64,000 bases of DNA from Pseudomonadota bacterium (GCA_039931065.1 JBDTSP010000006.1:126161-190160); one strand, 5' to 3'. Counted from the first letter of the stretch, positions 42,990 through 53,448 are shown. Program-made: numbers and translations. Notes: generated from the sequence alone by a model not told the origin.

Positions 42990-44159
42990 TCAGGCGCTCA
43001 TGAGCTTGCGGTACAGGTTCTCGATGGTCCGCGTGCGATGGGCGAAGCTGAACTGCGACTCGACCGTGGCGCGCGCCTGCCGTGCGAGCCGCTCGCGCAG
43101 CGCCGGGTCGCCCAGCATGCGTTCGATTCCCGCGGCCAACGCCTGCGAATCCTGCGGCGGCACGAGGAAGGCCTCCTTCTGATCGGTGACCGCTTCCTTC
43201 ACGCCATCGACATCGGTCGAAACGATCGGCACTTCCATCGCCATCGCTTCGAGCACGGTGTTGGGCAGCCCTTCACGGGTCGACGACAACACGTACAGAT
43301 CCATCAGCGAGAACACCTTGCGCACATCGTGGAAGTGACCCATGAAGATCACGCGCTCGGAAATCTTGAGCTCGTTCGCGAGCACTCTCAGTTCCTGCTC
43401 GAGCTCACCCTTGCCGGCGATGACGAAGTACAGGTCGGGCTGCTTCTGGAGCAGGATCTGCGCGGCGCGCAGCAGGTTCGGATAGTCCTTTTCGCCATTG
43501 AGGCGGCCCACCGCGCCGACCACGGTCGCGCCCGGCGGTATGCCGAGTTGCGCCCGGAACTCCGGATCCTTCGCGCCCGTGCGCCGGAAATATTTCGAGT
43601 CGATGGCATTGCGGATCCACATCATCTTCTGCGGATCGACGCCGTAGCGGCTGATGATGTCGCGCATCGTGTCCGAAACCATCAGCACCAGGTCGTATCG
43701 CTTGAGCAACCGCAGGTCGAGCTGGTCGTACAGGTAACGCACGCGCCAGTTCTTCGACGCCCAGAAGAACTTGAAACTCGCGAGCGGGCCGTGCGCCGTC
43801 GTGACCAGTTTCATCTTGTGGTAACGCGCGACGATGAGGCCGTAAAGGTCGGACTTGTAGCAATGCGCATGGAACACGTCGATCTGCTTGTCGCGGCACA
43901 ACTTGAGCAGCCGGCGAATCGCGCCGATGTCGAACTTGGACGTCTCTTCGATCGTGAAGAAGGATTCCACGCCCAACTTCTGCGCGCGTTCGTGCAGGTC
44001 GAATTCGGGATCGTCCTTGCTCTTGAGGTACGCGACCGACATGTTGAAATGTTCGCGGTCGGTTTCGAGCGCGGAGAACAGGATGGTTTTTTCAGGACCG
44101 CCGCCGCCGCCGCGGCAGCTGCGAACATCGAGTACGTTGATCTTTCTTTGCTCGCTCAT
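42990..44159 (-). CDS. family 4 glycosyltransferase
   Basis: GGGGGPEKTI and STREGLPNTVLEAMAMEVPIVSTDVDGVKEAV. ATG 44159 overlaps the upstream stop (ATGA). Confidence 0.85.
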   Translation of the reverse strand: MSEQRKINVLDVRSCRGGGGGPEKTILFSALETDREHFNMSVAYLKSKDDPEFDLHERAQKLGVESFFTIEETSKFDIGAIRRLLKLCRDKQIDVFHAHCYKSDLYGLIVARYHKMKLVTTAHGPLASFKFFWASKNWRVRYLYDQLDLRLLKRYDLVLMVSDTMRDIISRYGVDPQKMMWIRNAIDSKYFRRTGAKDPEFRAQLGIPPGATVVGAVGRLNGEKDYPNLLRAAQILLQKQPDLYFVIAGKGELEQELRVLANELKISERVIFMGHFHDVRKVFSLMDLYVLSSTREGLPNTVLEAMAMEVPIVSTDVDGVKEAVTDQKEAFLVPPQDSQALAAGIERMLGDPALRERLARQARATVESQFSFAHRTRTIENLYRKLMSA

Positions 44160-45286
44160 TCGTTGCTCGCCTTGCTGAATTCGACGGATGACTGCGGCTG
44201 CGCAACGGCAAGCCCCAGGGTTTCGATCCAAGTGATGGTGCGGCGGATCGCTTCGGGAAAACTGACCGGCGTGACGAAGCCGAACCGCGCGGCGAATTTA
44301 TGGACCGGTAGTTTGTGGCGCACGCGCTGCAGGTGCCACAGTTCGCGATTGACCGATGCGACCGATGTATAGGTGGTCGCATGACGATCGAAGCTGTACG
44401 CGCCTTCGAGACGCGCGCGGATCGCGGCCTTGAGACCATCGGGAATCCGCGTCTTGAGCTTGTGATAGAGCGCGTTCACGGGGCCGAGAGACTGCACCGC
44501 ATCGATGACGGCCCCGGTCGACCACGGAAATTTCTCGCCGCTGACCAAGGGCAGCTGCGCCGGATCGCAGCCGAGTGCACCACCGAGCGCGTCGTAGAAC
44601 TCACGCCAGGTGACGCGCTCCGCGTCGCCGGCATTGTAAAAGCCCGCCACTTCGCCGGGCGCGTCGCAGGCGGCACGTATCATCGCCACCAGGTTGGCGA
44701 TGTACACACCGTTGAACACGTGTGCGCCGCCGTCGACCAGAAAACTCGACTTGCCGGCCAGCGAGCGGGCGAATCCAAGCGTGTGCGGGGAGCGCACGCC
44801 CCAGACGATGCCCGGGCGGAGCACGACGACTTCGAGGCCGGGATGTGTCTGGGTGCGCAGCCAGCGTTCGGATTCGGCCTTGGCACGTGCGTACGGCATC
44901 CAGTGTTTGTCGAGCGGCATCGCATCGTCGTCGATGGGTCGTTCGACGTCGCCGTAGACTACCGCCGAGCTCAGGTGCACGAAGCGCGTCACGCCCGCCG
45001 TACGGCAGGCGTTGTAGATAGCCCGCGTTGATTCGACAATGCCAGCCGGCGGACCGGTCGTCACATTCACCACCACGCTGGCGCCGGCAAATGCCTTGAC
45101 GAGCGCTGCTTCGCGCGTCGCATCGGCGAGTTTCACTTCGACGGCGTCACCGAAGCGGCAGAATCCCGCCATGTTCCGGTAGCTGCGCACCACGGCCCGC
45201 GCACCGGTGTTGCCGCTCAGCACCAGAGATTCGATCAGGCTGGTACCGACGAATCCGCCGGCACCGACGATGGCGATGGCGCTCAT
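44156..45286 (-). CDS. NAD-dependent epimerase/dehydratase family protein
   Basis: IAIVGAGGFVGTSL and YARAK. ATG 45286 overlaps the upstream stop (ATGA). The track ORF extended to 45694 is an artefact. Confidence 0.85.
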   Translation of the reverse strand: MSAIAIVGAGGFVGTSLIESLVLSGNTGARAVVRSYRNMAGFCRFGDAVEVKLADATREAALVKAFAGASVVVNVTTGPPAGIVESTRAIYNACRTAGVTRFVHLSSAVVYGDVERPIDDDAMPLDKHWMPYARAKAESERWLRTQTHPGLEVVVLRPGIVWGVRSPHTLGFARSLAGKSSFLVDGGAHVFNGVYIANLVAMIRAACDAPGEVAGFYNAGDAERVTWREFYDALGGALGCDPAQLPLVSGEKFPWSTGAVIDAVQSLGPVNALYHKLKTRIPDGLKAAIRARLEGAYSFDRHATTYTSVASVNRELWHLQRVRHKLPVHKFAARFGFVTPVSFPEAIRRTITWIETLGLAVAQPQSSVEFSKASNE

Positions 45287-46365
45287 CGGGTGCTCCCGTG
45301 CAGCTGCGCCGCCGCAGCCTGTTCGCGCGGGGTGAGCCAAGGCTCCGGCAAGGCCGTGGACTTGGACAGCGCATTCTCCAGCAGGTTTATGCACGCCGCG
45401 CCGCCGACGCCATCCACGGCCGGACGCTCCTCGTACTTGATTGCGCGCAACACCTGCACGATCTGGCACAGCACCGCGTCGGAATAACTCAGCGGCACGA
45501 TGCGTTTCTGCGGTTTGCGCTCGAGATCGACGGGAAACGACACGTCGATCGCCTGCGGCACGAACGCGCCACGGCGTCCGATCGCAAGCTGATCGAACCG
45601 GTCGATGCGCAGGACAGCTTCGGCCTGGGTGCCGACGACGCGCAGCTCGTTCACCTGCGGCACGTCCCAGGCAAGGCTCATCGAACCATTGCACTTGGGC
45701 GAATGCAGTCGCATCGCCACCGTTGTTTCGATCCCGCCCGCAGCGTCGTCGGCGTAGTCGAGCACGGACAGATCACCGAACACCGACAAAAGGAAATCGA
45801 GCGCATGGGTGCCGATGTCGAACAACACGCCGGCGCCGCCCTTGGCGCGCGGCCTGAAAGCGGCCGGCGTCGTCACGGCCCATTCGAATTTGTGCCCTTC
45901 GCGATATTCGAACGACTCGAGTGAACCGAGTGCCCCGGCCTGGACCAGGTCGCGCAGGCGCGCGAAGGCAGGGAAGAAGCGGCGGATCATGCCGATGGCG
46001 AGCACGCGATTCGCGACCCGTGCCGCTTCGATCATGCGCAGGCACTCGGCGCTCGAATTGGCCATCGGTTTTTCGCACAACACGTGGCTGCCGTGCGCGA
46101 ATGCCATCTGGGTTTGCGCGCAGTGCAGATGCGGCGGAGTCAGGACGAGCGTGAGTTCGGGCCGCGCGGCCTTACAGGCCTCGTCGAGCGTCGTGAAATG
46201 CCGCGCGCCGGCGAAGGCGGCCGACAGTTCGTCGGCGTGTTCGCGCGCCGGGTCCACAAGGCCGACGATCTCGATCATCTTCTGCTTCGACAGTTGCACG
46301 AGAGGCTTGCGGTACAACCGCTGCGCCACTGCTCCACAACCGACGACTATTGTCCGGACACTCAT
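45283..46365 (-). CDS. Gfo/Idh/MocA family oxidoreductase
   Basis: TIVVGCGAVAQRLY and CEKPM. ATG 46365 has RBS GGAGAG. Confidence 0.85.
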   Translation of the reverse strand: MSVRTIVVGCGAVAQRLYRKPLVQLSKQKMIEIVGLVDPAREHADELSAAFAGARHFTTLDEACKAARPELTLVLTPPHLHCAQTQMAFAHGSHVLCEKPMANSSAECLRMIEAARVANRVLAIGMIRRFFPAFARLRDLVQAGALGSLESFEYREGHKFEWAVTTPAAFRPRAKGGAGVLFDIGTHALDFLLSVFGDLSVLDYADDAAGGIETTVAMRLHSPKCNGSMSLAWDVPQVNELRVVGTQAEAVLRIDRFDQLAIGRRGAFVPQAIDVSFPVDLERKPQKRIVPLSYSDAVLCQIVQVLRAIKYEERPAVDGVGGAACINLLENALSKSTALPEPWLTPREQAAAAQLHGSTR

Positions 46366-46372
46366 ACGATCC

Positions 46373-47620
46373 CTACTCTCCAAAAAGAATATCGGCGAAA
46401 CGCGCGGCCTTGGCGCTCCAGCTTTCGTTGGCCAGCCGCGCGCGCGCATTGGCCTGCGCTTGTGGCAGCGGTGCGCCGAGACGCGCCAGCACGCGCGTCG
46501 CGAACTCCTGCGGCTCATCGGCGACGTCCATGCAGTCTTCCCAGCCTGCCACCGCGGGCAGGCGCGTCACCACGACCGGCCGGTCGGTGACCAGGTATTC
46601 CTTCATCTTGAGCGGTTGCATCGCACGGGTTACCGGCAGATCGGCGTACGGCATCATCAGCACTGCCGCTGCGCGCGCGAGCGCCGGCAAGTCCTCGTAC
46701 GCACTTGGCCCAAGTAGATGGACGCGCGGGAGCTTCGCGAGCCGCGGATCGGGATCCTGCTGCGGCCCGACGATGGCGATGCTGCCGGAAGTCATGCGCC
46801 GGTCGAGCGCTTCGATGGCGTCGAAGTTCATGCGCCGGTCGACCAGGCCCCAGTACAACACCAGCGGCCGCGGCAGGTTGGCGAGCAACGCGGCGTTGCC
46901 GCGGACACTCTTCCAGTGATCGAGGTCGATGCCATGCGAAAGGACCTGCGACTGCCTGCCCATCTTCGTAATTCGCGCCGCGAGATTGTCACCCGCGGTG
47001 ACGATGCGATCGGCGCGCGCAACGAACTTCTGCTCCATCGCCTGCAGCGGCGCTGCGTCGAGACCCGGCCACGCGGAGAAATCGTCCACGCAGTAGTAGA
47101 CCCAGCGCTTCGCATCCACCCGCGCCGGCAAATCGGCGGTGATCGGCAACACGCTCAACACCACCGCGTCGCGCAGGTGGGAGATCCTGTCCGCGAGGTA
47201 GTTCGACAGCAGGCGCGCATTCAGGCGGCGCTGCCACGGCGAACGAAACCCGGGATACATGCGCGGGTTGTGCACCGCGGGCGCGGCGCCGCCCGGCTTG
47301 TGTATTTCCTTGTCCGACCGCGCACCCCACTGCATCAGTTTCTGTGCGCCCCTGCGCATGAGTTCGTAATCGAATGACAGACCCCGGGTGCCGATCGTGT
47401 TGATCCAGGAGACCTCGCACGTATCGAGGAGCTCGCGCACCAGATGCTGACAACTGGACGGATGCCGGCCCCAATCATCGGCAAACACCACCAGCCGCCG
47501 GTCGCTGCGCGGCGATCCCTTCTCATCCCGGACCAAAAAAGACTCCCTGCGGGCATCCAGACGTTGGTGCCCTGCTTCCACAAGCCCGCATAAATGCCGG
47601 TTCTGGCTCGCGGGCGCCAT
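46373..47620 (-). CDS. glycosyltransferase (TuaH-like GT-B); start uncertain
   Basis: RLVVFADDWGRHPSSCQHL..., VYYCVDDFSAWPG and PLKMKEYL resemble teichuronic-acid TuaH-type GTs, from memory. The RBS at 47620 is poor. Confidence 0.65.
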   Translation of the reverse strand: MAPASQNRHLCGLVEAGHQRLDARRESFLVRDEKGSPRSDRRLVVFADDWGRHPSSCQHLVRELLDTCEVSWINTIGTRGLSFDYELMRRGAQKLMQWGARSDKEIHKPGGAAPAVHNPRMYPGFRSPWQRRLNARLLSNYLADRISHLRDAVVLSVLPITADLPARVDAKRWVYYCVDDFSAWPGLDAAPLQAMEQKFVARADRIVTAGDNLAARITKMGRQSQVLSHGIDLDHWKSVRGNAALLANLPRPLVLYWGLVDRRMNFDAIEALDRRMTSGSIAIVGPQQDPDPRLAKLPRVHLLGPSAYEDLPALARAAAVLMMPYADLPVTRAMQPLKMKEYLVTDRPVVVTRLPAVAGWEDCMDVADEPQEFATRVLARLGAPLPQAQANARARLANESWSAKAARFADILFGE

Positions 47621-47775
47621 ACCCTTGACCGCAGGCGCGCTCGGATTCGTGAACTCGCCCCAATCCCGGCGCCGGATTCACATAAAAAACGATGAAAATT
47701 CCGAAACTTGGGAGTGGCTGACCCGATCGGACCGGATGGGGTCCGTGTGACCCCGCAGGGCGCGTTTTGCCGCCC

Positions 47776-48405
47776 TCAGGCAAGCGTTCGGAGCACCTGC
47801 GCAGGGTTGCCCCCGATCACGCTGCGCGCCGGCATGGCCTTCACCACGATGGCGCCCGCAGAGACGATGCATCCCTCGCCGACATCGGCCAGCAGGCAGG
47901 CTGCCTCCCCGATCCAGCAGCCGGCGCCGACGCTCACGGTGTCATAACGCGCTGCGGCGACGATGCCGCCTTCCTCACCGAAGTGCTGGCGTTTGCCGCT
48001 CGGGATGCTGACCCGGCTTCCCATCATCACGCCCGCACCCAGGTTGGCGTGCCCGATCACGCAGTACGCGCCCATCGATACATGCGGCGCGAGGGTCGCC
48101 CCGCGATGAGTGAACACGGAGCCGAAGCCGATGTTCGTCTCCCAACTGCAACGCTCGAGCGTGGCGCAATAAAACGCGCCGCGCATTTTGGCGCCCGGTG
48201 GTCCGGGCAGGTTCGCGAGTAGTTGGGCGCAGGTGAGAAAAACACCCTCGCCTTTCGTGATCACGGATTCGAGCCAGGTCACGAGGATCAGCGGCGAGAC
48301 GAGGAGCGCGGCGATTCCGAACACCAACGCCTTCAGCGCGCGCCGCACGGCGCTGCCGCGTGGCTCAGGTCTCGGCACGGTTGTTTGCTCTGCGGTCGCG
48401 GCCAT
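47776..48405 (-). CDS. membrane-anchored hexapeptide-repeat acyltransferase (WcaF/LbH-like)
   Basis: TM helix ALVFGIAALLVSPLILV followed by hexapeptide repeats, ending VIGGNPAQVL. ATG 48405 has RBS GAAGGA. Confidence 0.75.
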   Translation of the reverse strand: MAATAEQTTVPRPEPRGSAVRRALKALVFGIAALLVSPLILVTWLESVITKGEGVFLTCAQLLANLPGPPGAKMRGAFYCATLERCSWETNIGFGSVFTHRGATLAPHVSMGAYCVIGHANLGAGVMMGSRVSIPSGKRQHFGEEGGIVAAARYDTVSVGAGCWIGEAACLLADVGEGCIVSAGAIVVKAMPARSVIGGNPAQVLRTLA

Positions 48406-48421
48406 GTCCTTCGTTCCCGGC

Positions 48422-50998
48422 TTACCTGAAGCGCGCCAGCAGTCCGCGCACCCGGTCGCGAACCAGCCGCCCGAACTCCCGCTTGGTCGACGACACCTTA
48501 CGGCGCAACGCACTCTTCAGTCGAGCGCCCGGCACTGCGAACGGCACGGGCGCGCCGAAATCGTAGTCCGGCTCTGGCGGCAAACCGGCGTGGTGCGGAT
48601 CGCGCTGGTAGTAGCCGTGCGCGACACCGTAGGTCGCCAGGATGACCTGCGGACGGGTCACGTATGCGGTCGGGAATGACAACAGGTCGGCGAGACAACG
48701 GTCGAAATAAAACGTGGCCTGCGTGCTGAACTGCTCGCGTTCCGGCGCCGGCGCGTAACGCGCGGCCAGGTGGAAAACATGGCTCTTGCGGATGTCGTGC
48801 GCCGGCCAGGTCTCGGTCGGCAGCTCGACCTTGTGCAACACGTCGCGGTACGGCTGTTCGTGCGTGAACATCCAGCGCGCGTACGCCAGCAGGCCCGCGC
48901 GCGCGTACCAGAAGAGATAGTCGGTCTCGCCCCACTCGAGTTTGCGATCGAGATATTTGCCGAGCACCTGCAGGAACACCACGTAGGACCAGCGCGTTTC
49001 GGGTTGATCGAGCCCGATCGATGCGACGTCGTCGTGTGGATGGATGACGCGCTCGATCAGCTGCTCGGCGAACCGCAGATAACGTCGCTGCCGCGAGACC
49101 GCGTACGCATCCAGCAGCGCATTGATGGAATTGCCCGCACCACGCCCGGGCTTGTGGAAATCCATGTCACGGCTCTTGCTGGCAAGGCCGGTCGGACCGT
49201 CGTCGATGAAACCAAACAAAGTGTGCGCGCCATCGTCGGAGGCGATGACCCAATCGGCGAGTTCGAGGACGGCGCTGGCCGCTTCCGGATCGCCGGTCAG
49301 GTAGAAATACTGCAGCAGGCCCGAGGTGTAGTTCTGCTCATTGCTGGGGCCGCCCCCGTATGGGCCCTTCGCGTTCTGCTTGCTGTAGGTGCGATGGGTC
49401 GAGGTCGCCGCGGGTTGATAGTGATCGGTGTGCCAGAAGAGCCCGCCGCTGAAACCCGCCTTGTCCTCGCGCGTGTGATAGATGTCGATGTCGATCAGAT
49501 GGCGCGCGGCGTCGATCATCAGCTCGCGCCAGCGTTGCTCGCCCGTGCGCAGGAAATGCATGCCGGCGCTGTAAACGAAATCGTACTGGTTGTTGTAGTG
49601 CGAGATGAACGGCCCGGGGCCCTTGTGATTGACGGCTTCGTGGTCGGCGTACAGGTCGCCGAAGTTGCGCCAGCCGTATTCGTCGATGATCTCGCGTTTC
49701 GCGACGACGGAATTCTTCCCCTCGACCATCGAGCCGATGTAACGCAGGTATTCGGTGTTGCGATCGTCCGCGGCCGGCAGTAGATAGCCAACGGCGCCGG
49801 TCACGGCCGCTTCGTGCGGATCGAGAGCTACGGCGAGGGGCGCGTGCAGCGCCGCTGGCGCGCGCGGCTCACCGGCGCGGCCGAACTCGATCACCAGCGT
49901 GTGACGCTTCTTTTCACCCGGCTGCAGCTCGAAACCCGGCGCGCTCTCGGCAGGCAACAATCCGATGCTCAATGCGCCGGCATGCAGGCGCAGCGCCTTC
50001 GGAAAGTTTTGCCAGAATCTTTCGACGCTGGCGCAGATCCAGCCACCCGCGCCGGACACTTTTACGGCGGGGCTGGCGCGTTCACCTTGCGCGAGCACCG
50101 CGCCGCCGGCGCCCAGCACCCGGAAGCCGCGGAAAGTAACCGTCGATTTGCCCTTGGCGTCGATGTGGTTAGGCGAGTTCCATTGATCGCCGCCGCTCGA
50201 GTCCTGGTACAGCGACCAGTCCGGCGTGGTCTCTTCGCGCCATTCGCCGGGGGCCGATTGCCACGCTAGCCGCTGTGGCGGCTGCGCCGGATGTAGTTCG
50301 ATGGACAGATCCTGGAGGGCGACGGAGTTGGCATCGCCCAGATCCCACAAGCCACCGACGTGGCGCGCGGCGCGCGGATTCCAGATTTCGCACTCGACGC
50401 GCAGTGCCGCCGACGCCCGCACGAAGATCAGGCGCAGCTTGAGCCGCGCGACTTCACGGCCCGCGGATTCGATCGTGCCGGTGCAGACCACCGCGGTGCG
50501 GACGCGGCCGCGTTGCTCGATGTTCACCTGCGCGAGCCGCACCGCCAACGCCGCGCCGTGCGCCGTGGCGCGCACGGTCATGCCGCGCGCGAGACAGGCG
50601 GTGCCACCCAGCGTGACCTGCGCGAATTCGCCGCCACCACTGCGCGGCACTTCGAACACCGCGGCGCCGGTATCGATGCGCAGGCGTTCTTTCGACTCCT
50701 GCAAGTCGATGCCGGGACCGGCCGCGGGAACCGCGCCCTGGCGCAGCGCCAGTTTTTGTTCGGTATTCGCGCCGCTCGAAACGATGGCGTCCACCAGCAC
50801 CCATTTGATGCTGCGGTCGGGCCATCTGGCGAGCACCGTGAATTGCGCCTCGAGAGGCTGGTTGCCGTCATCGAACAGCGCGAGGTCGGCGGAGTCGTTC
50901 AGCGCGCCGCGCGCAAGCGGCACGCCGATGCGGATCGCTTCGTCCTGGCGCGCCATGCCGCCCTGCTCGCGCACGATGATGCTGGAAAGATGACTCAC
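48422..50998 (-). CDS. 858-aa uncharacterised protein without signal peptide; possibly PcRGLX/YetA-like (beta-sandwich plus alpha/alpha-toroid polysaccharide lyase fold)
   Basis: Clean long ORF in the operon. GTG 50998 overlaps the stp1 stop (GTGA); ATG 50956 is an alternative. The N-terminus IRIGVPLARGAL...LARWPDRSIKWVLVD and the central EYGWRNFGDLYADHE...GGLFWHTDHY remind me of the YetA/PcRGLX family. This was not verified. Confidence 0.8.
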   Translation of the reverse strand: MSHLSSIIVREQGGMARQDEAIRIGVPLARGALNDSADLALFDDGNQPLEAQFTVLARWPDRSIKWVLVDAIVSSGANTEQKLALRQGAVPAAGPGIDLQESKERLRIDTGAAVFEVPRSGGGEFAQVTLGGTACLARGMTVRATAHGAALAVRLAQVNIEQRGRVRTAVVCTGTIESAGREVARLKLRLIFVRASAALRVECEIWNPRAARHVGGLWDLGDANSVALQDLSIELHPAQPPQRLAWQSAPGEWREETTPDWSLYQDSSGGDQWNSPNHIDAKGKSTVTFRGFRVLGAGGAVLAQGERASPAVKVSGAGGWICASVERFWQNFPKALRLHAGALSIGLLPAESAPGFELQPGEKKRHTLVIEFGRAGEPRAPAALHAPLAVALDPHEAAVTGAVGYLLPAADDRNTEYLRYIGSMVEGKNSVVAKREIIDEYGWRNFGDLYADHEAVNHKGPGPFISHYNNQYDFVYSAGMHFLRTGEQRWRELMIDAARHLIDIDIYHTREDKAGFSGGLFWHTDHYQPAATSTHRTYSKQNAKGPYGGGPSNEQNYTSGLLQYFYLTGDPEAASAVLELADWVIASDDGAHTLFGFIDDGPTGLASKSRDMDFHKPGRGAGNSINALLDAYAVSRQRRYLRFAEQLIERVIHPHDDVASIGLDQPETRWSYVVFLQVLGKYLDRKLEWGETDYLFWYARAGLLAYARWMFTHEQPYRDVLHKVELPTETWPAHDIRKSHVFHLAARYAPAPEREQFSTQATFYFDRCLADLLSFPTAYVTRPQVILATYGVAHGYYQRDPHHAGLPPEPDYDFGAPVPFAVPGARLKSALRRKVSSTKREFGRLVRDRVRGLLARFR

Positions 50999-52248
50999 GA
51001 ATTCGCTCCACTGTGCGCTGCTGACATCGCAGCGCCTGGTTCCGGACCGAGCAATACATCGAGCTGCCGAAGGTTGGCTTCCCAGGAATAACCGCGCTCC
51101 ATGCAGCGCCGCGCCTGGCGGCCGATTTCCCCGGCACGCTCCGGCTGTCCCAGCAGGCTCACGACCTGCGCGGCGAACTCAGGCGCCTCCTCAGCCACCA
51201 CGACCTCAACACCATCGCGGGCGCGGATGCCTTCGAGCGATTGCGAGGTGCACACCACGGTCTTGCCCATCGCCATCGCTTCGAGCACCTTGTTCTGCAG
51301 GCCACGCGCGATCTTGAGGGGCACTACACACAAGGCGGCGGCGCTGACGTACACACGTACGTCGTCGACGAAGCCGGTGACCTCGATACCCGGACGCGCC
51401 CTGAGCTTGAGCACGGCCTCCGTCGGCTTGGAGCCGACGATGATGAAGCGGACCTCGGGTAGTTTGGCGCGGATGAGCGGCAGCACCTCGTCGGCGAACC
51501 ACTGCACGCCCTGCACGTTCGGCCAGTAATCCATGACTCCGGTGAACACCAGCGTCGGTGCGCCGCCACGCTCGAGCGCCCGCGGCGCGCCATGCGGCGA
51601 AAAATATTCCAGATCCACGCCGTTCGACAACGCCTGCAGGTGATCGAGGCGGGCACCGGCCGGCATGTATTCGCGTTCCTGCGCGCTCACCAGGAACAGG
51701 TGATCGAAGGCGCCGGCAATGCGGCGCTCGTAGTCGGCCAGCCGTGCCGCTTCGTAGGAGTAAACCCAGCTCTTGGGTGCGGAGGTGCGCTCCACGTACT
51801 GACGCCATTTGTACGAGTCGACGTCGATCAGGTCCATCAGACGCCGGGCGCGGGCTAACTTCCCGGTCCGATGCCGCGAGCGGAAGAAATATTCGGCCGT
51901 CGCCGAGGAGAAGCAGAAGATCGCGTCGATATCGTGTGTATCGAGGAATTCGTCGATGCGACGCTGCAGGTCGGCCGAGTGGAAGTGCCGCACGGTGATG
52001 GACGCGCCGGTCAGCAAGGCTCCAAGGCCCGACAAGGCCTTGCTGCGCCCGTCGATGCGCGCCGTGAATACGCGCGCGCAGCGGCGTTCCATCTCTGGCA
52101 CGTATGCGAGGTCGGCCGGATCGTCCACCGGGCAGGCCAGGAATACTTCGTGACGTTTCGCCAGGTACTCGAGCACGTTGAACGTGCGGATCTTGTCACC
52201 CTTGTTCGGCGGGTAAGGCAGGCGATGTGTGAGCAGCAGGATGCGCAT
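50995..52248 (-). CDS. PEP-CTERM/XrtA system glycosyltransferase (stp1/TIGR03087-like)
   Basis: MRILLLTHRLPYPPNKGDKIRTFNVLEYLA is the characteristic N-terminus of this family, from memory. Confidence 0.9.
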   Translation of the reverse strand: MRILLLTHRLPYPPNKGDKIRTFNVLEYLAKRHEVFLACPVDDPADLAYVPEMERRCARVFTARIDGRSKALSGLGALLTGASITVRHFHSADLQRRIDEFLDTHDIDAIFCFSSATAEYFFRSRHRTGKLARARRLMDLIDVDSYKWRQYVERTSAPKSWVYSYEAARLADYERRIAGAFDHLFLVSAQEREYMPAGARLDHLQALSNGVDLEYFSPHGAPRALERGGAPTLVFTGVMDYWPNVQGVQWFADEVLPLIRAKLPEVRFIIVGSKPTEAVLKLRARPGIEVTGFVDDVRVYVSAAALCVVPLKIARGLQNKVLEAMAMGKTVVCTSQSLEGIRARDGVEVVVAEEAPEFAAQVVSLLGQPERAGEIGRQARRCMERGYSWEANLRQLDVLLGPEPGAAMSAAHSGANS

Positions 52249-52326
52249 GAATGTTCGGATTGGCGGGGCTGCGGCCCGGTTCGGGGCGGCAAGACTAAAC
52301 GATCCAGCCGGGCCTAAATCAAGGTG

Positions 52327-53448
52327 TCAGGGGAGCATCCGGGCAGACTTGTGAGAGAGGTCGCGTCCCCGCCACTGGTCGAAGAACCGGAACAGCAGCC
52401 GCAGCACGGGTTTCCTCACCACGTGCAGCGTATGCAGAGGGTCGCTCGCGGCGGCAAAGTCCTGCTTGTAGTCGCGATTGAGCCCGGGGCCGGCCAGGAA
52501 ATCGAAGCTTCTCAGGCCATCGCGGCAGGCCGCTTCGATCGCGTATCCCAAATGCAGATAACCGGGCGAAAGCCCGCGCGCGAACGCCTCGTCGAAACCG
52601 GACTGCAGGTAATACTCCGTGCCGCCGACCCGCAGGTTGAGCATGACCGAGACGCAGGCGGCGCCTGAGCGCAACTCGGTGAGGCGCACGGTCTCGTCAG
52701 AACCGAGACGTTCGATCAGGTCGGCATGAAAGCGCGCGATGGAGGAGCGGCCCGATGACGGCGCTTCCCAGCGGCGCGCCACGAAAGCATCGAGGCGCTG
52801 GAGCGCCCCGCCGCGCAACGCCTGCGGCACCAAATCGACAGAAACATCGGCCAGCTTCTCGCGTTGATGCAGGACTTTGCGGCGCGTGTTGGACGACAGG
52901 CGCGTCACGAACGAAGCGAAAGTCGCAGGCAGCGGGATGTTCCAGCCGGTCATCGGCTCGACGCTGCGCACGTACGCCACCTTGCCCAAACTACCGGCGA
53001 GTTGCGCCGCGACGCTGCTCTCACGCACGTTGCACAACAACAGCTCGTCCCAGTCAGGGCTCGCGCGTAGCCAGCCATCGACCGCCGCGCAAACGGCGGC
53101 GCGCACCTCACCTGCCGCGATTACATCGAGATACTCGGAAAAGACTGCAGCCGGATCGCGCCAGGTATTGCCGAGCAGCTCGACTCGCCGCGCTGCGAAC
53201 ACGCCCCGGTGCACGGCGCGGTGCATATGGAACGGCGCGAGCCCGCACAGATCGCCGCTGTCGGCATAAACACCGAGCACACACAGCTCCGCCCCGAGCG
53301 TCACACCGTGATGCCGCCACCAGGTCGACAACCAGTCCCAGGACATGAACAAGGCATCGGCATCCGAGCGTGCGAGCAATTGCTGCCACACGGCGCGGTT
53401 CGCGAGGAATTCCTCGTCGCTCCAGCGGCGTACCCGGCAGGTATCCAT
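52327..53448 (-). CDS. GNAT/FemAB-fold acetyltransferase (CelD/BioF2-like)
   Basis: W..LL..S....F.SWDWL..WW N-terminus and a C-terminal FDFLAGPGLNRDYKQDF typical of CelD-like proteins. Confidence 0.8.
   Translation of the reverse strand: MDTCRVRRWSDEEFLANRAVWQQLLARSDADALFMSWDWLSTWWRHHGVTLGAELCVLGVYADSGDLCGLAPFHMHRAVHRGVFAARRVELLGNTWRDPAAVFSEYLDVIAAGEVRAAVCAAVDGWLRASPDWDELLLCNVRESSVAAQLAGSLGKVAYVRSVEPMTGWNIPLPATFASFVTRLSSNTRRKVLHQREKLADVSVDLVPQALRGGALQRLDAFVARRWEAPSSGRSSIARFHADLIERLGSDETVRLTELRSGAACVSVMLNLRVGGTEYYLQSGFDEAFARGLSPGYLHLGYAIEAACRDGLRSFDFLAGPGLNRDYKQDFAAASDPLHTLHVVRKPVLRLLFRFFDQWRGRDLSHKSARMLP

Noticed and set aside
44156-46518. N-terminal extensions of track ORFs 44156..45694 and 45283..46518, and similarly 38816..40006, 42990..44231, 47776..48513, 57144..58670 and 56105..57274.
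   Set aside because: Each extension overlaps the upstream gene and is Arg-rich nonsense. Internal ATGs give canonical N-termini, often with ATGA stop/start overlaps or a good RBS.
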